From positions 192,001 through 256,000 of the forward strand of contig CBDVDR010000001.1 in NCBI GenBank assembly GCA_965372795.1: a stretch of 64,000 nucleotides of DNA, read 5' to 3'. This document shows, one piece after another, positions 60,793-64,000 of this stretch. The notes below the pieces were generated by a model. The model did not search any database and was not told the origin of the DNA. It was given only the letters and a program-made list of their open reading frames with translations. The stretch comes from an uncultured bacterium (lineage in GTDB: Bacteria; Zixibacteria; MSB-5A5; GN15; FEB-12). A program made the translations under genes and the position numbers. Every line of letters begins with the position of its first letter. The stretch's first letter is position 1.

Positions 60793-61317
60793 TTAACTCT
60801 CCTTTACAGGGACTAAATTTAATAAATAATCCTCGAAATCATCTCCAAGTACAAGAGTCGTGGAGATTTGATTATAGTTATTTTCAAGCTCTTTGTAAAT
60901 CACAAGTGATTCATCCATCCCGATATGATCGGCAAGCATCATTGATGAGTTGATATCACTCTCTCTTGATATCAATAGTGATGACAAAATCTGCCGTTGT
61001 TCGATACAAAAGGTATCGACAACTCTTATCTCAAAATTTTTATCTTTAATAGCTTTAAAATATTTCTGAGCGACTTTTATAACTTCACTCTTGTTACAAG
61101 GAGCAACCAACTGTAGTCTGATAAAATTTTTAGGTAGTTCATCAATCTTAGTAACTGTTCCAGACACCTGATTTATAACCGTTGCTATATAAACCACCGC
61201 AAATACCGAAATTACGATTAATGAAATATCAATAATCCGCCTTATAGATTGTTTCTTAAAACCGGTTTTACGGTTTTTCGCTTTTCTTTTTGAAGAATTT
61301 ATAGGTTTTTGCATCAA
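60793..61317 (-). CDS. Membrane-anchored LytR C-terminal-domain-like protein
   Basis: Basic N-terminus plus TM; LLISR, LADHIG, TLVLGDDF; next to rsfS. Confidence 0.5.
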   Translation of the reverse strand: MMQKPINSSKRKAKNRKTGFKKQSIRRIIDISLIVISVFAVVYIATVINQVSGTVTKIDELPKNFIRLQLVAPCNKSEVIKVAQKYFKAIKDKNFEIRVVDTFCIEQRQILSSLLISRESDINSSMMLADHIGMDESLVIYKELENNYNQISTTLVLGDDFEDYLLNLVPVKES

Positions 61318-61372
61318 TTATAATCTTAAAGGTGGGGTGGAAAAAAACTACAGGTGAAAAACTCCTTATTCT

Positions 61373-61840
61373 TTACGGTTTAATATAACGACCTCTATTA
61401 AGGTAATTATTATACAATAAATTACGTCCGTCAAGCTGTTGGTAATTTATTCTTAAATTAAAATACTCTGATGGATGAAAATCCAATTGAAAACCAGGTA
61501 AAACATTTACATTACTACTTCCATTACCCAAAAGCATCCCGGGATCATGGGATAAACCGACATTTAAAGCTACGGATAATTTTGATGAAATCTCATAAGA
61601 CATCATTGAATTCAGCATTCCGGTTGAAACTGAGCTGTTACCGCCTGAGAAAAATGACATTGAATAGCTATTTGACCATCTTACCTTCGAAAAATCAATC
61701 AGTGAAAACGGATCAGCAACGGGAATAACACCTATACTTTTTGAACTGATTGTATTTTGAATACGAGCATCACTAACCAGCTGTCCAAAAGAACTGCCGG
61801 CTATAAATATAAGAGATAATATAATTATAATTTTTTTCAT
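61373..61840 (-). CDS. Secreted hypothetical protein (amphipathic beta strands)
   Basis: Signal peptide MKKIIIIL...SFG-Q. Confidence 0.65.
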   Translation of the reverse strand: MKKIIIILSLIFIAGSSFGQLVSDARIQNTISSKSIGVIPVADPFSLIDFSKVRWSNSYSMSFFSGGNSSVSTGMLNSMMSYEISSKLSVALNVGLSHDPGMLLGNGSSNVNVLPGFQLDFHPSEYFNLRINYQQLDGRNLLYNNYLNRGRYIKP

Positions 61841-61984
61841 CAAATTTCTTCCAGTTGAATATGTGTAAATCTATTTCGTTTAACGCTTTTCGTCAACAAT
61901 AAAATCCCATTTATTATATCGGTATCTAACAGTCACACTTAATTATAACGTAAAACAGACAAATAAAGGTGAAAAAAAGATTAA

Positions 61985-62731
61985 TTATTTAATCCGATCG
62001 GGAAATAGTTTTGCCAATTCATCCAGTTGATCAATAGAATTCACTCCACGAAGTTCATCCGGATCCTCTGCCGGCACAACTGAAACACGCATTCCCTTAT
62101 CATGCAACAGTTTAATAGTGTCAGTCAGATAATACTCGCCCTGAGAATTATCATTCCCTATCAAATCTAACATTTGAAACATCGTCTGATTATCATAACA
62201 AAAAGTTCCGGAATTGATTTCATTTATGATTAAAACCGACTCATCGGCATCCTTATGCTCAACGATTTCTTTCAAAAATTCAGTGTCACTTTCCCGAACG
62301 ATTCTTCCATATCCGGTGGGATCATCCAATATTGCTGATAAACAGGTCGATTTGGATTTGGTTCTATTATATACATCAAAAAGAAGATTAATCGATTCTT
62401 TGGATAAAAACGGTACATCACCCAGTGCTATCAGAGTCACGCCGTCAAAGTCCTTGAGACTCTCTTTAGCCATCATAACCGCGTGACCGGTACCCAGCTG
62501 TTCTCTTTGCCAGACAAATTCAACCGGATAATCGGCAAGTTCTTTTTCTATCTGCTCGCCTTCATGTCCGATGACTATAATTATCTTATCAAATTTCAAT
62601 TCTATGAGAGTATTTATAATAATCGTTATCATTGGCATTCCACCGATCCGGTGAAGAACTTTTGGAATATCCGATTTCATCCTTTTCCCTTTTCCGGCAG
62701 CAAGAACTACAGCAGCTTTCTTTATCGACAA
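61985..62731 (-). CDS. GlmU-like nucleotidyltransferase domain only
   Basis: LAAGKGKRMKS.IPKVLH, QLGTGHA, GYGRIVR, EINSG, EYYLTD, GVN; ends at 248 aa with no hexapeptide domain. Confidence 0.88.
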   Translation of the reverse strand: MSIKKAAVVLAAGKGKRMKSDIPKVLHRIGGMPMITIIINTLIELKFDKIIIVIGHEGEQIEKELADYPVEFVWQREQLGTGHAVMMAKESLKDFDGVTLIALGDVPFLSKESINLLFDVYNRTKSKSTCLSAILDDPTGYGRIVRESDTEFLKEIVEHKDADESVLIINEINSGTFCYDNQTMFQMLDLIGNDNSQGEYYLTDTIKLLHDKGMRVSVVPAEDPDELRGVNSIDQLDELAKLFPDRIK

Positions 62732-62775
62732 AGAACCTCCCCTTGATCAATTAAGTTTTATAAATTGATTTGAAA

Positions 62776-63129
62776 TTAAATTTCGGTGGGCTTGTTAGTT
62801 TTATCAACATGAACCACTTTAGGTTCAAAATTCTCAGCCTCTTCCCTATCTATCAGCCCGTATGCAATAATAATAATCAGATCATTCTTTGAAACTTTAC
62901 GAGCCGCCGCACCATTAATCTGAATTATACCACTTCCCGGCTTACCCTCGATTACATAAGTTTCAAAACGCTCGCCATTGTCGATATCGGCTATTTGAAC
63001 CTTTTCATACGGAACTATATCAGCCAACTTCATCAATTCCGAATCTATTGTGATCGAACCGACATAATTCAAATCACAATCGGTGATTGTTGCGCGGTGT
63101 ATTTTAGATTTACAAATCGATATCAACAT
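62776..63129 (-). CDS. panD: Aspartate 1-decarboxylase
   Basis: [16 protein letters not shown] cleavage site, [15 protein letters not shown]. Confidence 0.96.
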   Translation of the reverse strand: MLISICKSKIHRATITDCDLNYVGSITIDSELMKLADIVPYEKVQIADIDNGERFETYVIEGKPGSGIIQINGAAARKVSKNDLIIIIAYGLIDREEAENFEPKVVHVDKTNKPTEI

Positions 63130-63310
63130 TTCATTTCATCCTATATTAGTCAGGAAATATACTAAATTTCCAAAACTTCGCAAGGGTGCTCAGAGTACTT
63201 TATTATTCTTACAATACTCAATACTCTGGATTTATAGATTTTGTTCCCACAATTATCATTCCCCTGAAAACAAACCGCACTCTCACTATAATTGACTGTA
63301 TCACAGTGCC

Positions 63311-63787
63311 TTACGGAAAGACTTCAACCCAGTTTCGGGGTGGAAAAATCTCAAGTTCATCACGAATAATATCAGTTACCTGAATCAAATTTTTCCAACT
63401 CAGGATAAATTTCAATTTTTCCGGTTCTAACCATCGAAAATCAGAATTCTCCGAAGACAATTTGACTTTGGATTCAGGATCAACAACAGCAACTATCAAC
63501 GGTAATATCCAGATAGCATCAGCTTCCGGTTCATAAAACTGGATTACATTTTCAGTCGCCCAGATACTTTTCGGAGTGATTTTGATCTCTTCTTTCATTT
63601 CCCGCACCACTACCTGGGCAACGGTTTCATTTTCTACTTTACCGCCGGTCAGAAATCCCCAGCAACCGCCATAAGATTCTGTTTCGGATCTTTTAAGAAT
63701 TAAAAATTTCCAACCATCATAATCATTTTTGATAATTGCAACATTAACTCCGGGAGACTCAATTTTGATATTTGCACGTTCTGTCAT
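63311..63787 (-). CDS. NUDIX hydrolase
   Basis: GKVENETVAQVVVREMKEEI Nudix box; FLILKR; LSSENSDFRW. Confidence 0.85.
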   Translation of the reverse strand: MTERANIKIESPGVNVAIIKNDYDGWKFLILKRSETESYGGCWGFLTGGKVENETVAQVVVREMKEEIKITPKSIWATENVIQFYEPEADAIWILPLIVAVVDPESKVKLSSENSDFRWLEPEKLKFILSWKNLIQVTDIIRDELEIFPPRNWVEVFP

Positions 63788-64000
63788 TTTACACCAATAA
63801 ATAAAGTTTTATTTATGCCGGATAATAAAATCAGTACGAACCAAAGGTCAATAAGTATTTGATATTTTTATGAAAAAATTTTGATATTTAAAGAAGTTTC
63901 AAATTATCTATCAACCGAACCTTGTGCAACGAAACGGCCAGTGAACAGATCGTGTTTTTTACTACTAATTTAGTAGCCTTTAAACTGTCAAAATCGGTAA

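Overview
Low-GC bacterial chromosome segment with diderm markers (lnt, MurE DNPR motif typical of meso-DAP, T9SS-CTD-like tails). Repeated C-terminal 'DISDLTxxxxY(L/M)FxGGxxP' dockerin-like modules suggest an FCB-related lineage such as candidate division Zixibacteria (inference, not searched). 0-17.5 kb is accessory: msrBA, three secreted dockerin proteins (one a 1631-aa protein with 43 exact 23-aa thrombospondin type-3 repeats), an O-antigen-ligase/TPR gene, oligopeptidase B, rpmB, a lone minimal flagellin and an orphan lipoprotein. 17.8-34 kb is a dcw cluster (mraZ to ftsZ). 34-44 kb holds a C25 peptidase, two GT4s, a GNAT, a PorZ-like protein and lnt. The rest is mostly housekeeping. Most notable: (1) two AT-rich orphan lipoprotein genes each bracketed by clusters of related GTAG-type REP-like palindromes; (2) a non-cellulosomal cohesin/dockerin surface cluster; (3) PdxJ and FtsE homologues lacking catalytic motifs; (4) probable ATT and CTG start codons for murE and lnt; (5) candidate sRNA/3'-UTR elements with C-rich anti-SD segments. 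No CRISPR, tRNA, rRNA or transposase recognised.
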